Positions 10,966 through 20,730 of a stretch of DNA of 64,000 nt are shown here, piece by piece (the stretch's first letter is position 1; every line of letters begins with the position of its first letter). Where the stretch lies: UHGV virus genome UHGV-0010228. One strand, written 5' to 3'. This stretch comes from a virus. Below the pieces are notes generated by a model. It saw nothing but the letters and a program-made list of their open reading frames with translations, was not told where the DNA came from and did no database searches. Both the position numbers and the translations under genes were made by a program.

Positions 10966-11898
10966 ATGCCTGCAGAAGATTTAAAAACTATACAGTCTAG
11001 TAGTTATAAAGACTTAAACAATAAACCATTCATGGCGAAGAATGAAAAGTCATTTGAAAACTTCTCATACTTCTTAGGTGGTATTGATGTAACTCATCAG
11101 AATCTTGATCAGTTTAACCCTTATATTCAGGGTGTATCAAGATTATTCATGCATAAACCACCACTGTATATGAATGTTGCATTCCCATCCGCAACACAGC
11201 ATTTTAAAACATATCTCGAATCTGGTTACACTAGAATCGATGGTATTTCCGATATTTCTGTTTCATTCGTAGACTTTGAAGGTGGCTTCGCTGGTCAGAG
11301 ATTCTCTAATGTTTCTCTTGCACAGGATGAAACCGATACGATCACTGTATCAGTATACGAACTTTCAGGTTCACCAGTAAGAGAATATCTCGACACTTGG
11401 ATTTCGGGTGTAAGAGATCCAAGATCAGGTATTGCACATTATCATGGTCTTATTGGTAGAGCTATTACTGATGGTGGTATGGAATATGCGGAAACTAATC
11501 ATACTGCTGAATTTATATATGTAACATTAGATCCAACAGGCCTTAAGCCAGAATATTGCTGCATGTTTGCACATGCATTCCCAACTAAGGTTCCTAAGTC
11601 ACACCTTAACTATGAAAAGGGTGAAAGATCAAACGTTCAGATGGATATTGAATTTAAGGTTACTAAATATGAGTCACCTGCAATAAATGATATTGGTATT
11701 TGGTATATCAATAACTCTAAGGTTACTTACAATTATCTTGACTTCGATCCACACGTTAATCTTGAAGGTAAGGGTTATAATGATTATTACACTTACTCTT
11801 ATGATGGAACATCAGGATTAAATAATGGAGAATCAACTCCGGCTAAGTTTGGTCCAAATGCAAGTACTAAGGTTCAGAAGGACATTTTAAATTCATAA
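10966..11898 (+). CDS. putative tail tube protein (by position after the sheath and weak gp19-like ...DTWISGV motif)
   Basis: 310 aa directly downstream of the sheath gene. RBS GGAAAGGAGGAG. Expression-optimised codon usage like the sheath gene. The motif similarity is weak. Confidence 0.4.
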   Translation: MPAEDLKTIQSSSYKDLNNKPFMAKNEKSFENFSYFLGGIDVTHQNLDQFNPYIQGVSRLFMHKPPLYMNVAFPSATQHFKTYLESGYTRIDGISDISVSFVDFEGGFAGQRFSNVSLAQDETDTITVSVYELSGSPVREYLDTWISGVRDPRSGIAHYHGLIGRAITDGGMEYAETNHTAEFIYVTLDPTGLKPEYCCMFAHAFPTKVPKSHLNYEKGERSNVQMDIEFKVTKYESPAINDIGIWYINNSKVTYNYLDFDPHVNLEGKGYNDYYTYSYDGTSGLNNGESTPAKFGPNASTKVQKDILNS

Positions 11899-11904
11899 TA
11901 TTAA

Positions 11905-11938
11905 GAGAAGAATCCTATTAGGATTCTTCTCTTTTTTA
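11905..11938 (+). terminator. rho-independent terminator (AGAGAAGAATCCT-ATT-AGGATTCTTCTCT followed by T6)
   Basis: 13-bp perfect stem followed by TTTTTT. Confidence 0.8.
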
Positions 11939-11979
11939 ATATGTAATTTAACACTATCTTAAAAAGGAGGTGTTTATTT

Positions 11980-14394
11980 TTGGCAAGACAGGACTCCAAA
12001 AAAACCGACCAGATCAAAGTTGATAAAGATGTTAGTGCTCTTGATGTAGTCGCTAAAAGGATATTATCAACTATTGATAATACATACGATGAAAAAATAA
12101 TTCTTAATAATAAAGCATCTAAATTACACAAGATTATTAATGATGAACTCCAGTTAGCAAAAGGTGTTAGTCAGGGTAATATTGTAGATTTCGTATCTGC
12201 AGTTGCAGTAAATAAGGATCCTAATAATAGAGATCAGAAAGTCGATATAGATGAATTATTTACTCAGGATGTAGGAAATTTATTTGGATATTTCCAGGAT
12301 ACTTATAAGAATAAATATGTTGAATTAGCAGATTTAAAGTTTATTACAAAATTTATACCTGCTATAGGGGAAGCAGTTAAGGTTACTCTCGATTCAATTG
12401 TTGGTGCGGATGATTTATCATCGATATTAACTAGAGTTATCGAATTACCAAAAACATTAACTGAAGAAGAAGTATCTCAGGTAATTGAAGAAATTGAGAG
12501 AATTGAGAGAGAAGAAAAACTTCTCAGAAAATTAAAAAATGTTGATTATAAAAAAGCCTTAGTATCAGGTGTGCATTATGTATATGCAGTTCCATATTCT
12601 GAATTATTTAATGAATATGAAAGACTTAAAGCTAAAGGTAAAATCAACAAGAATCCATTAGCTGCAAATCCTAATCTTAAACCGGGTGCTGGTAAAACCA
12701 GTGGATTTAATATTAAAGCTCAGGAATCTTATGAAGATAGTACAGATTCATTTGCATATGAATCTATAAATTTATTTGATGATAGTGTAATCGAAAATCT
12801 TAATTCAAGTAATATGTTTAATAAAGAAGACATTGCAGAAATTAAGAAATCATTAAAGACTAATACATTACCTATACAGGTATCAGATTCTGAATATCCT
12901 ATAGATGCACTTGAAAGTGTAGCTTCATATCAAGCAATACAGAATCACCTTGGAAGTTATATCAATAAATTTGAAACTGCAGAAGTTCAATATAAAGACT
13001 TTGCATCTTCAGGTACTTATGATATAAATAAAGCTAATGTTAAACCTAAGAAGTTTAATACTAAGGGTACATACATAAAACATATAGATGCAAAGTATAT
13101 GTTAAAGATAAAGATCTTTGATGAAGTCATAGGTTATTTCTATGTAAGAGATACCCCTATTAGCAAAAAAGATGTATCTACTCAGTCTATCACAAATAAT
13201 ACATTATTCTCAATAGGCTCTAATCTTTTCAATTCTACTAAACTAACTGAGAATAAAAGAAATGCTGCTATTAGATCTATTGTAGATACAATATCTGAAG
13301 GAATTATTGATAAATTTTCAAATAAGTTTGTTAATAAGAATTCTGAATTCAAAAGAATCATTGCGGATTGTATAATTCAGAATGGTTTAGTAAATAACCA
13401 ATTCCAGATTCAGTTCATTCCGGCTAAACATGTTATCCCATTTGTAATAAACGAGAATGAAGATGGTGATGGAGAATCTATACTTGCAGATGCATTATTC
13501 CCAGCTAAGCTATTACTTTCATTAGTAGTAAATAAGTTATTAACTTATCTTAATAAGGGTGGCAATAAAACTATTGCTCATATTAAGAAAGGTCCTATTA
13601 ACTTAGATGGTGGTAATCACATTCAGAGAGTAATTAGAATGCTTCAGGAATCACAGATAACATTTAGTGATTTATTATCAACAAACTTAACATTTGCCAA
13701 GTTTGCTAGAGATGGAAATTTATCTATTCCATCAGCTAAGAATGGTGATAGACTCGTTGAATTTGAAGTTCAAGAAGGTCAGCAAGTTGATATGAAACCT
13801 GAAATGGAAGAGTGGCTAGAAAAAATGGCAATAATGGGTACAGGTGTACCATCTGTCATAATGGAATATACTGATGCTGCCGATTATGCTAAATCAATTG
13901 TAACAGCAAATATCAAATTTGCAGGTAGAGTCGCATCACTTCAGGGAGATCTCGAAGATCCAACAACTGATTTATATAAGATATTACTGCTTAATTCTAA
14001 TTTAGATGAAGAACTAAAGAATAAAGCCATACAGGGACTCAAATTCGTATTGCCAAGACCAAAAGTCTTATCAAACCAGAACATATCAGAGTATTTGTCA
14101 ACTATACAGCAGTCAGCTCAGATGCAAAGTGACATCATATTTGGGACAAATGGAACTGATGATAATGATCCGAGTTTACCAAAAGTTAAGGACGAATTCA
14201 TTAAGATGACTGTGGCTGAAAATTCACCATTTATTGATTGGGATGCTGCTGAAGAACGAAGAAGAAAAGCAGTATTATCAGTTAAGGAAAAAGAAAAGAT
14301 CGCTGTACCGACGGGAGATGATAACTCCGATAGTGGAGGCCTCTCAGATGACTTTGGAGGTACTGGTGACGAAGATAATGGTGATGAGTTTTAA
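11980..14394 (+). CDS. putative portal protein. The order terL, sheath, tube then this gene matches T4 16/17, 18, 19, 20. It has an acidic C-terminal tail.
   Basis: 804 aa, largely helical, ending ...DDNSDSGGLSDDFGGTGDEDNGDEF. The call rests on position. No portal motif was verified by eye. Confidence 0.45.
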   Translation: MARQDSKKTDQIKVDKDVSALDVVAKRILSTIDNTYDEKIILNNKASKLHKIINDELQLAKGVSQGNIVDFVSAVAVNKDPNNRDQKVDIDELFTQDVGNLFGYFQDTYKNKYVELADLKFITKFIPAIGEAVKVTLDSIVGADDLSSILTRVIELPKTLTEEEVSQVIEEIERIEREEKLLRKLKNVDYKKALVSGVHYVYAVPYSELFNEYERLKAKGKINKNPLAANPNLKPGAGKTSGFNIKAQESYEDSTDSFAYESINLFDDSVIENLNSSNMFNKEDIAEIKKSLKTNTLPIQVSDSEYPIDALESVASYQAIQNHLGSYINKFETAEVQYKDFASSGTYDINKANVKPKKFNTKGTYIKHIDAKYMLKIKIFDEVIGYFYVRDTPISKKDVSTQSITNNTLFSIGSNLFNSTKLTENKRNAAIRSIVDTISEGIIDKFSNKFVNKNSEFKRIIADCIIQNGLVNNQFQIQFIPAKHVIPFVINENEDGDGESILADALFPAKLLLSLVVNKLLTYLNKGGNKTIAHIKKGPINLDGGNHIQRVIRMLQESQITFSDLLSTNLTFAKFARDGNLSIPSAKNGDRLVEFEVQEGQQVDMKPEMEEWLEKMAIMGTGVPSVIMEYTDAADYAKSIVTANIKFAGRVASLQGDLEDPTTDLYKILLLNSNLDEELKNKAIQGLKFVLPRPKVLSNQNISEYLSTIQQSAQMQSDIIFGTNGTDDNDPSLPKVKDEFIKMTVAENSPFIDWDAAEERRRKAVLSVKEKEKIAVPTGDDNSDSGGLSDDFGGTGDEDNGDEF

Positions 14395-14536
14395 ATCCTA
14401 AATGCTTGGCTAATTTATGAGTAATATGTGTTAACATTTCCCTTATAGTAATAAAAAATGCATTTAGAAATTAAATATTTATTTCTTATAACTCAAGACA
14501 AGCAATGTTTTAAACACTCCAGATTAATTCACGTTA

Positions 14537-14577
14537 AAATAACTAGGATAGACATATGTCTATCCTAGTTATTTTTT
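14537..14577. terminator. bidirectional terminator between convergent genes (AACTAGGATAGACA-TATG-TCTATCCTAGTT)
   Basis: 14-bp perfect stem flanked by an A-run and a T-run. Confidence 0.8.
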
Positions 14578-15196
14578 AAAAATGAAGACCACTAGCAGAT
14601 CCATCAAAACCTGTATCAACATATCTATTTGGATATAGCATTGAATCATAACACTTCATGAATTTTGTACTAATAGTAGATAATAAATTAATTATCTTGC
14701 CAATAGGCTGAATTAATTCCTCATCAATCTCAGCAACATTAAATGTTTCAATATTTTTTATAGTTTCTTTAAATGTTTTATCTAATGTATTAAACATATT
14801 TTTTGCATCATTCATGGGAGCGGTTCTCCACCAATGATCATCCGCATTATTCATTAATATAAAATTCATCTGACGGGTCATCTCATCCCATAATTCATTT
14901 AATCCTTCAAGCTCACTAACCATTACTGGATAATCAGATACTAAATCGTACTTTAAGAATGTCTTATCAAATACTTTCTTAGTTTCTCTGAATCCAACTT
15001 TAAACTGATCATACATCTTAATATGTACTAACTTATCCAACTTATCAGATTTGGTAAGTTTATAGAACCACTGTTTTACTCTTGACCATATTGCTTTAAG
15101 CCAATCTACGAATTTGTTAAAAATTTCAGATACCGAAATTCCTTCTAATACATGCTCATAGTTATTGATTTCTTCTAAAGCTACAGTATAATTCAT
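14576..15196 (-). CDS. hypothetical protein
   Basis: 206 aa. The upstream SD is only weakly GGT-like. Confidence 0.6.
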   Translation of the reverse strand: MNYTVALEEINNYEHVLEGISVSEIFNKFVDWLKAIWSRVKQWFYKLTKSDKLDKLVHIKMYDQFKVGFRETKKVFDKTFLKYDLVSDYPVMVSELEGLNELWDEMTRQMNFILMNNADDHWWRTAPMNDAKNMFNTLDKTFKETIKNIETFNVAEIDEELIQPIGKIINLLSTISTKFMKCYDSMLYPNRYVDTGFDGSASGLHF

Positions 15197-15210
15197 TATT
15201 ACACCAACCT

Positions 15211-15259
15211 TTCTTAATAATAAAAAATAAGGAGTAGATTATATAATCTACTCCTTATT
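15211..15259 (-). terminator. terminator hairpin (AATAAGGAGTAGAT...ATCTACTCCTTATT) at the 3' end of the upstream minus-strand unit
   Basis: 14-bp stem. A T-rich tract follows on the minus strand. Confidence 0.6.
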
Positions 15260-15484
15260 ATGTTCAATGTCGAATACCATTTCGTCATTTTCAAGTGTAC
15301 AAGAAACTCTTACAACAGTTGGATCATCTATAACCTCATTACAGAGTTTGATGAAATCCTCATAATGATTTCCTAACACAGCTTCGAAAATATCATCATT
15401 TATTATATCTGTGACTTTATCAACTGTAATATGTCGAAATAATATTAACTGATCACTGAACACTGGAGTTGTATCAGTATTCAA
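15248..15484 (-). CDS. hypothetical small protein (apparent TTG start)
   Basis: 78-aa ORF with no in-frame ATG near its 5' end, so the start is uncertain. Confidence 0.3.
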   Translation of the reverse strand: MNTDTTPVFSDQLILFRHITVDKVTDIINDDIFEAVLGNHYEDFIKLCNEVIDDPTVVRVSCTLENDEMVFDIEHNKE

Positions 15485-15517
15485 AATTAGTCACCATTTA
15501 TCCTTCCATTGCAAGAT

Positions 15518-15691
15518 TTAATATGCTGCTTCACTTATTGCATCTACAATAGTAGCATTCTTTGCTTTTTCTCGATAAATTAATTCTCGGTGTTTTCGTA
15601 AATATCCAAGTTCTTTAAATGACATATGTAATATATCATTATATGAAAGCTGTCCTTTAAATTCGTATAACACAGTATCAACAAAAGCCAT
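15518..15691 (-). CDS. hypothetical small protein (57 aa from the internal ATG; the tracked ORF starts at TTG)
   Basis: The ATG (MAFVDTV...) lies 11 nt after the stop of the 523-aa gene. A weak GAAAG SD precedes it. Confidence 0.35.
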   Translation of the reverse strand: MAFVDTVLYEFKGQLSYNDILHMSFKELGYLRKHRELIYREKAKNATIVDAISEAAY

Positions 15692-15702
15692 TAAGCTTTC
15701 AA

Positions 15703-17274
15703 TTAACGAATCTCCGTGATCGAACCGAGGACCCGCCAAAAAACCAGTGATTCAATATTAAGATCATGAGTCATTTCTTTACCACAATGTGGGCATTTTG
15801 AATGAAGTGTGAACTTAATCTTGAAATCATATTCATCATTAATTCTATTCTGAAGCATTCTATGATCTTCTTCAGTAATAGATACTAATGTATCGAGCAT
15901 AATCTCTGGTTCATTTTCAGTTACCTGAATATAGCTGCCAGTCTTTTCATTATATATGTATACTTCCTGTAAGAAACATGCAATTGCTGCTGCTGAGCTT
16001 ATTACTATATCTTTCTGATCAATTAATCTATAGATAGTAGCAGCTCTAGCTACTGATGGATATGAAACTACATAAATATTATTTGTAAATGGAGACTGAT
16101 ACATAGTACCCTTAGCCCAATCATCATGCATAGCACGTAATTCTGCAGGCTTAGATTTATTTCCAATTATTTTATCTATACGTTCCTTATATCTATCTGG
16201 CATGTCACTTGTATCTAATATAGATCTAATCTTATACTTAAATGGATAATTAGACTTGCATTCATCACATGTAATTTCTGTTTCAGTTTCTTCCATAGAT
16301 GAGGCAACTAAAATGCCATATAATGCAAGATCAAGATCGTGAAGTGGGAATTTATTTGCAAATTCATCGTATTCTAATACAATTCTACCCTTTTCATCAA
16401 ACTTCTTTAATATACCACCTGATAATATCTTATCATATACTAAAGAAGCCTTCTTATCTATAGCTTCTTCTATAGCATCATCTGGGTATGATATTGATGA
16501 ATATAACTGGATTAACTGAGATCCCTTAAATGTTACGAAATCGCCATAATATGGCAGTGGTACACTATATCTTGAAAGAGCGCCTTCAATTGACTTAACG
16601 TAATCTGCTTTATGATCGGAATCGATACGCTCAACCTTAATATTCTTAAGAGCTTCATCTTCAACTAATACTAAATTAATAGCCTTAGTTGTTCTAAGCT
16701 TAGCATGTTCTTCTTCAGTAAGACCAAGATCTTCAACTGGCTGTTTTGTCTTATCAAGATATATCATACCTACAGTTGTATCTGGTGTTTCATCTTCTAA
16801 AAGTTCTTCTTTTAAATCATTTAATGATACACCATCACCAGTTGTAGGTTCACCAATACCATAATCCTTCTTAATCTTATTAGCAACTGCAATGGATGCT
16901 TCTTTAGGAGAGAATCCATCCATGATTAATTTCTTTTTATATTCTTCATACTTGATTCTATCTTCTGGTGGAATTGAATCAAGTGGGTTTTCCATATCTG
17001 CTGGTGCGGTAGAATCTTCAAATATTGAAGGATCTAACTTAACTGGAGCATCTGGAATATTTATAGGTTCTGATTTTTCTAATGGAACATGGTTGCCAAT
17101 AATGACAGTATCATCTTCTTCAAGTTCAACATCTGGTTCAGGTTCAATAGTTTTCTCAACATCTGAATGATCTCCGAAGCTTACAATTTCAGTTGTATCT
17201 GAATCAAGTGAGCCATTTAAAACGTTATTAGAAGCTGCCTGTGCAAGTTCTTTTAAATTGATTTCATTTCCCAT
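15703..17274 (-). CDS. hypothetical protein with an acidic N-terminal region and two CxxC pairs (CDEC...CPHC). It is co-directional with and adjacent to the gp25-like gene, so it may be a baseplate component.
   Basis: 523-aa ORF. Confidence 0.65.
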   Translation of the reverse strand: MGNEINLKELAQAASNNVLNGSLDSDTTEIVSFGDHSDVEKTIEPEPDVELEEDDTVIIGNHVPLEKSEPINIPDAPVKLDPSIFEDSTAPADMENPLDSIPPEDRIKYEEYKKKLIMDGFSPKEASIAVANKIKKDYGIGEPTTGDGVSLNDLKEELLEDETPDTTVGMIYLDKTKQPVEDLGLTEEEHAKLRTTKAINLVLVEDEALKNIKVERIDSDHKADYVKSIEGALSRYSVPLPYYGDFVTFKGSQLIQLYSSISYPDDAIEEAIDKKASLVYDKILSGGILKKFDEKGRIVLEYDEFANKFPLHDLDLALYGILVASSMEETETEITCDECKSNYPFKYKIRSILDTSDMPDRYKERIDKIIGNKSKPAELRAMHDDWAKGTMYQSPFTNNIYVVSYPSVARAATIYRLIDQKDIVISSAAAIACFLQEVYIYNEKTGSYIQVTENEPEIMLDTLVSITEEDHRMLQNRINDEYDFKIKFTLHSKCPHCGKEMTHDLNIESLVFWRVLGSITEIR

Positions 17275-17301
17275 ATGATATCTTCCTTTCCATATATTGA
17301 T

Positions 17302-17718
17302 TTAACCCCATGATATTTCAAAATCTAAAAACTTTTTACCAACTTCAGAAGCGACTGCAGAAGCATCGACCACTCCATTATCGGTAAATTCAAATACCAA
17401 AATCATCCATGTTTGACCATTATCACTTACTATCTTATTAGCACTAACATTTGTCAATGGAACATCTGGTAAATATATTTCAACCTGATTCTGTATTATT
17501 GATGGTAAATCATTAATAACATCATCCATGTATTCATAATCGTAAGATTTGATTCCAATACCCATTTCAGGCATTGATGGATAAGTACCAGGCTCTAGAA
17601 ATAAAAGATTTAATATTAATTGAGACCATGCATTTTTACCAATCAATTCTGCTGGTTTATTGAATACATCGATCCCTAATAATAATTCTTTTTTACTAGC
17701 TTCGGTGTATGTAGTCAT
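17302..17718 (-). CDS. baseplate wedge protein (gp25/GpW family-like)
   Basis: 138 aa. ILNLLFLEPGTYPSMPEMGIG and IYLPDVPLTNV resemble T4 gp25 LLGIITTRKGSRPFDPEFG and YEPRIDKLAVNV. Confidence 0.55.
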   Translation of the reverse strand: MTTYTEASKKELLLGIDVFNKPAELIGKNAWSQLILNLLFLEPGTYPSMPEMGIGIKSYDYEYMDDVINDLPSIIQNQVEIYLPDVPLTNVSANKIVSDNGQTWMILVFEFTDNGVVDASAVASEVGKKFLDFEISWG

Positions 17719-17798
17719 CTATCGTCACCTCTTAGTAAATTTTATTAAATATTTGTGCTCGCATATAAAAAAATATAAGTAAAAAGAAATAGCTGATA

Positions 17799-19415
17799 TC
17801 AGCTATTTCTTTTTAATGATTCATATAATTCAATCATCTCACATTTTGCATTTGGTTCACTAATTTCCATTACAGTTTCCAAACGCTTATCGAGATTTCG
17901 AATTAATAGATCAGTAGACCCTATATAAATAGAGCAATGATCATTAGGACCAAACATGTATATTCGTTCATGCTCTAAATAAGGACCATTAATAGTTATA
18001 ACTTTTATTCCTATAGGATTTAATCCTATAGAAGTTCTACAGATAACTTCAACATCAACCCCACAATTAGCAGCTCGTTGAAGATCTTTGATTATAGATC
18101 TATCCATTAGGTGATTTACCTTAATACGGATTTTACCTTCAGAACCTTTCCTCATCTGCTCTCTAATTCTTAGTCGTATTAAAGCTCTGGCATTATTTTT
18201 GACATTACCATATCCACTATTAGTGAATCTTTGAGCTATAATATCAGATATAATGCCATATGCAGTTCTTATAACTGCACTATCTGAAGATATATAATGC
18301 AGATCTATATATTGACCAGATGTATCTGCATTATAATTACCAGTACTTACATGTGCAAATGCTTTTTTATCGGTACATGCTAAGAATATCTTACCATGTA
18401 TTTTATAATTAAAGAATTTAGATCTAATAACTATATTAGGATATTCTTTTCGAAGTTCTAGTAATTGTCTGATATATTCTTCATTAGGTTCTTCATTACC
18501 TCTAGCCATAACTTCTATATAGATAAATACTCGTTTACCTAATTTTGCAGCCTTGTAAACGGATTCGATAATTTTAGAATTATCTTCAAATCTATACAAA
18601 GTTAAGAAGATATATTTTATTTTTTGATGGATACACATCTGGTCTATAAAGTTTTGAACATTATCAAAACTATCCAATGGTGTTCTATAAATATATCCTT
18701 TACCAGTAGATAACTCTTTAAAATAATCAATATTGTTAAATGAAGTTTCTAGATCATTCTCAAATAATTCAGGATGTTTTTCCTTAGTTAATTTGAATTT
18801 ATTACATGCCTGAAGGACTCTAATATCAAATACGAACGGTACATCGATTTTATAGTTTTTAATGACGTTCATTATTTGTCTAGAATCATTCTCGATATCA
18901 GCATAAATTATAGCAATACGATAATCCTCAAGTGTTTTAGTTTTTGGATGTAAGTATTGTCTATCCGAAAGTATCCTAATTATCATAGAATGTCTTAGAT
19001 GAGCATAATCTTTTTCTTTATCAACTTCTATGAAAAAATTACGATAGATCCTAGGAACCAAATATAATTTATCAGGTTCAAGTTTACGAACCGTTTTATG
19101 ATTACCCCATTCCGCTTTGAGGTCTATTATATCTGGTTTTTCTTCCTTGAATCTATCGCTCATCATTATCATTCCAATATTGATCTTTCTAACTAACTTA
19201 TATAGAGTCAATATTTGTTCTGATAATAGATATGCATTGTAAGTTCTCATTCTAATATCAATATGCTCTAAGATATTAGATCTTACAATATTAAAATATT
19301 TAAGAGAGGATAATATCGGAGTATTTGGATTTATACCCTTCATTAATATCCTCTCTTGAAATTCTAATGATATCCATTCAGGCACATGATCCATTGGAGG
19401 AACATATTTTAGCAT
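17799..19415 (-). CDS. ppk: polyphosphate kinase 1 (PPK1)-like protein lacking the N-terminal domain region
   Basis: KIHGKIFLACT...FAHVSTGNYNADTSGQYIDLHYISSD matches PPK1 KIHAKLFL...[24 protein letters not shown] around the catalytic His. YLEHERIYMFGPN...YIGSTDLLIRNLDKRLE matches YLEHDRVYIF...YLSSADWMTRNIDYRIE. IKYIFLTLYRF...GKRVFIYIEVMARGNEE matches IKMTLYRVAKDS...GKKVTVVVELQARFDEE. Confidence 0.75.
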   Translation of the reverse strand: MLKYVPPMDHVPEWISLEFQERILMKGINPNTPILSSLKYFNIVRSNILEHIDIRMRTYNAYLLSEQILTLYKLVRKINIGMIMMSDRFKEEKPDIIDLKAEWGNHKTVRKLEPDKLYLVPRIYRNFFIEVDKEKDYAHLRHSMIIRILSDRQYLHPKTKTLEDYRIAIIYADIENDSRQIMNVIKNYKIDVPFVFDIRVLQACNKFKLTKEKHPELFENDLETSFNNIDYFKELSTGKGYIYRTPLDSFDNVQNFIDQMCIHQKIKYIFLTLYRFEDNSKIIESVYKAAKLGKRVFIYIEVMARGNEEPNEEYIRQLLELRKEYPNIVIRSKFFNYKIHGKIFLACTDKKAFAHVSTGNYNADTSGQYIDLHYISSDSAVIRTAYGIISDIIAQRFTNSGYGNVKNNARALIRLRIREQMRKGSEGKIRIKVNHLMDRSIIKDLQRAANCGVDVEVICRTSIGLNPIGIKVITINGPYLEHERIYMFGPNDHCSIYIGSTDLLIRNLDKRLETVMEISEPNAKCEMIELYESLKRNS

Positions 19416-19579
19416 ACTGCGAAGGCTGCTAATTTATCTCCGAATTTGAATATCTTACTAACAAGCTTGGTATTACCAAGAGCACTAGCCAATTTACCTA
19501 CATGTGCTGTGGCAAAAGCTGCTACTGCAGCTCCAAACTTTGCAATTACCCTTACGGTTGATTTTATATTTTTAAACAT
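19409..19579 (-). CDS. small hydrophobic/amphipathic protein (56 aa from the internal ATG with RBS GAAGGAGAAAAAAG)
   Basis: MFKNIKSTVRVIAKFGAAVAAFATAHVGKLASALG... with a good SD. The longer tracked ORF lacks an SD. Confidence 0.45.
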   Translation of the reverse strand: MFKNIKSTVRVIAKFGAAVAAFATAHVGKLASALGNTKLVSKIFKFGDKLAAFAVC

Positions 19580-19775
19580 CTTTTTTCTCCTTCTTTTTAG
19601 TTTTGTTAGAATCCATAGATTCTGCCTCATTAGCATTCTTTCCATATTTATTGTCCATAGCGTCAGTAAATCCTTTTGTTGTAGTAGGATCATAACTTTG
19701 ATATAATCCCAACGCACCACCGATAATCACGAAAAGTTCAGCCCAATTAAGCGTTGTTATTTTATTGCGATGCAT
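19572..19775 (-). CDS. small transmembrane protein (67 aa, MHRNK...WAELFVIIGGALGLYQ...)
   Basis: One clear TM helix followed by a Lys-rich tail. Its start overlaps the stop of the upstream gene. No SD. Confidence 0.35.
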   Translation of the reverse strand: MHRNKITTLNWAELFVIIGGALGLYQSYDPTTTKGFTDAMDNKYGKNANEAESMDSNKTKKKEKKDV

Positions 19776-19942
19776 AAGAAACTTATAAGAGCAAATCCAA
19801 TAATCGCAAGGCAAACAATTGCTCCTGGAAATGACGGTGATCGAACTGCACATTTAGCCAGTTCGCCTGCAACTTCGCCTGTATTGCTAGCAACATTTAC
19901 TGCGGTATCTCCCGCGTTTTTAACTATTTTAGATACACTCAT
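19757..19942 (-). CDS. small transmembrane protein
   Basis: 61 aa with a C-terminal TM segment AIVCLAIIGFALISFLCIAI. RBS GGAAG. Confidence 0.55.
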   Translation of the reverse strand: MSVSKIVKNAGDTAVNVASNTGEVAGELAKCAVRSPSFPGAIVCLAIIGFALISFLCIAIK

Positions 19943-19944
19943 AT

Positions 19945-20175
19945 TTATAACTTCCTTACACTTTCTATCTGAGCCATAACTTCAGGCCCAAATAATATAT
20001 CTATAGATATATTGATTAACTGAAGAATGATATTTCCTAATGCGCACGACACCTTATAGATACATATACCGAATCCGGTAATGATACCCATTCTTGGTAA
20101 ATATGTTATCAAATATGCAAAGATAAATAATATTCGCTTACCAATATTGGTAAAGAAATTTTTACACATTTCCAT
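19945..20175 (-). CDS. small multi-pass membrane protein
   Basis: 76 aa with two hydrophobic segments. RBS AAAGGAGAAAA. Confidence 0.55.
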   Translation of the reverse strand: MEMCKNFFTNIGKRILFIFAYLITYLPRMGIITGFGICIYKVSCALGNIILQLINISIDILFGPEVMAQIESVRKL

Positions 20176-20193
20176 GTATTTTCTCCTTTCTGA

Positions 20194-20610
20194 TTAGAGA
20201 CAGAATGCAGCACCTGTTGTGGTATTTTCTTCTTCCTCATCATCTATATTTATACAGATATCTTCCTCAAATATCTCAATCGTTTCATCTTCATCGTTCT
20301 TTTTCTTATTTGTCTTTATAGAATCAGATATATATGAATAGCAAGTGCCAAATACAGATCCTATAATTCTGAGCAAGAATGAAATTGATAATAATGGTAA
20401 TGAAACTATCTTCGTTGCAACCGTAGCAGCTTTCTGACCAACAGACTGTTTAGATTTAGGTGTTGATGCGGCTTTCTGCATAACCTTAGTTTTCTTAATA
20501 ATATTTACAGGAGCCTCTACAATATTAGCTACAGTATTTACAACTGCTTCTGCAATAGCACATATTGATGATACTATCGCTTTACCTATATTCAGAATAG
20601 ACTTTAACAT
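20194..20610 (-). CDS. membrane protein with an acidic C-terminal tail
   Basis: 138 aa. TM segment IVSLPLLSISFLLRIIGSVFG. C-terminal DDEEEEN. RBS GGAAAGGAGGTG. Confidence 0.6.
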   Translation of the reverse strand: MLKSILNIGKAIVSSICAIAEAVVNTVANIVEAPVNIIKKTKVMQKAASTPKSKQSVGQKAATVATKIVSLPLLSISFLLRIIGSVFGTCYSYISDSIKTNKKKNDEDETIEIFEEDICINIDDEEEENTTTGAAFCL

Positions 20611-20685
20611 AATTCACCTCCTTTCCGGTTGAGGGGATATAACGATTGATTTATTGATTTAGAAGGGAATCATAACCCTTCTCTC

Positions 20686-20720
20686 GTGTTACATTGCATT
20701 ATAATAATATATTTTCATAA
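20686..20720 (-). promoter_or_regulatory. promoter plus conserved leader motif (minus strand: TATATTATTATAATGCAATGTAACAC) upstream of gene 20194..20610
   Basis: 27-nt block nearly identical to 21303..21329. It contains a TATAAT -10 element. Confidence 0.5.
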
Positions 20721-20730
20721 AATTTATAAA

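Noticed and set aside
14395-14575. tRNA or small RNA genes in the larger intergenic gaps (14.4-14.6 kb, 53.0-53.7 kb, 59.27-59.35 kb, 61.0-61.15 kb)
   Set aside because: No cloverleaf-compatible GC-rich stems or conserved tRNA boxes seen by eye. The regions are explained by terminators and promoter modules. A tRNAscan run would be needed to exclude them fully.
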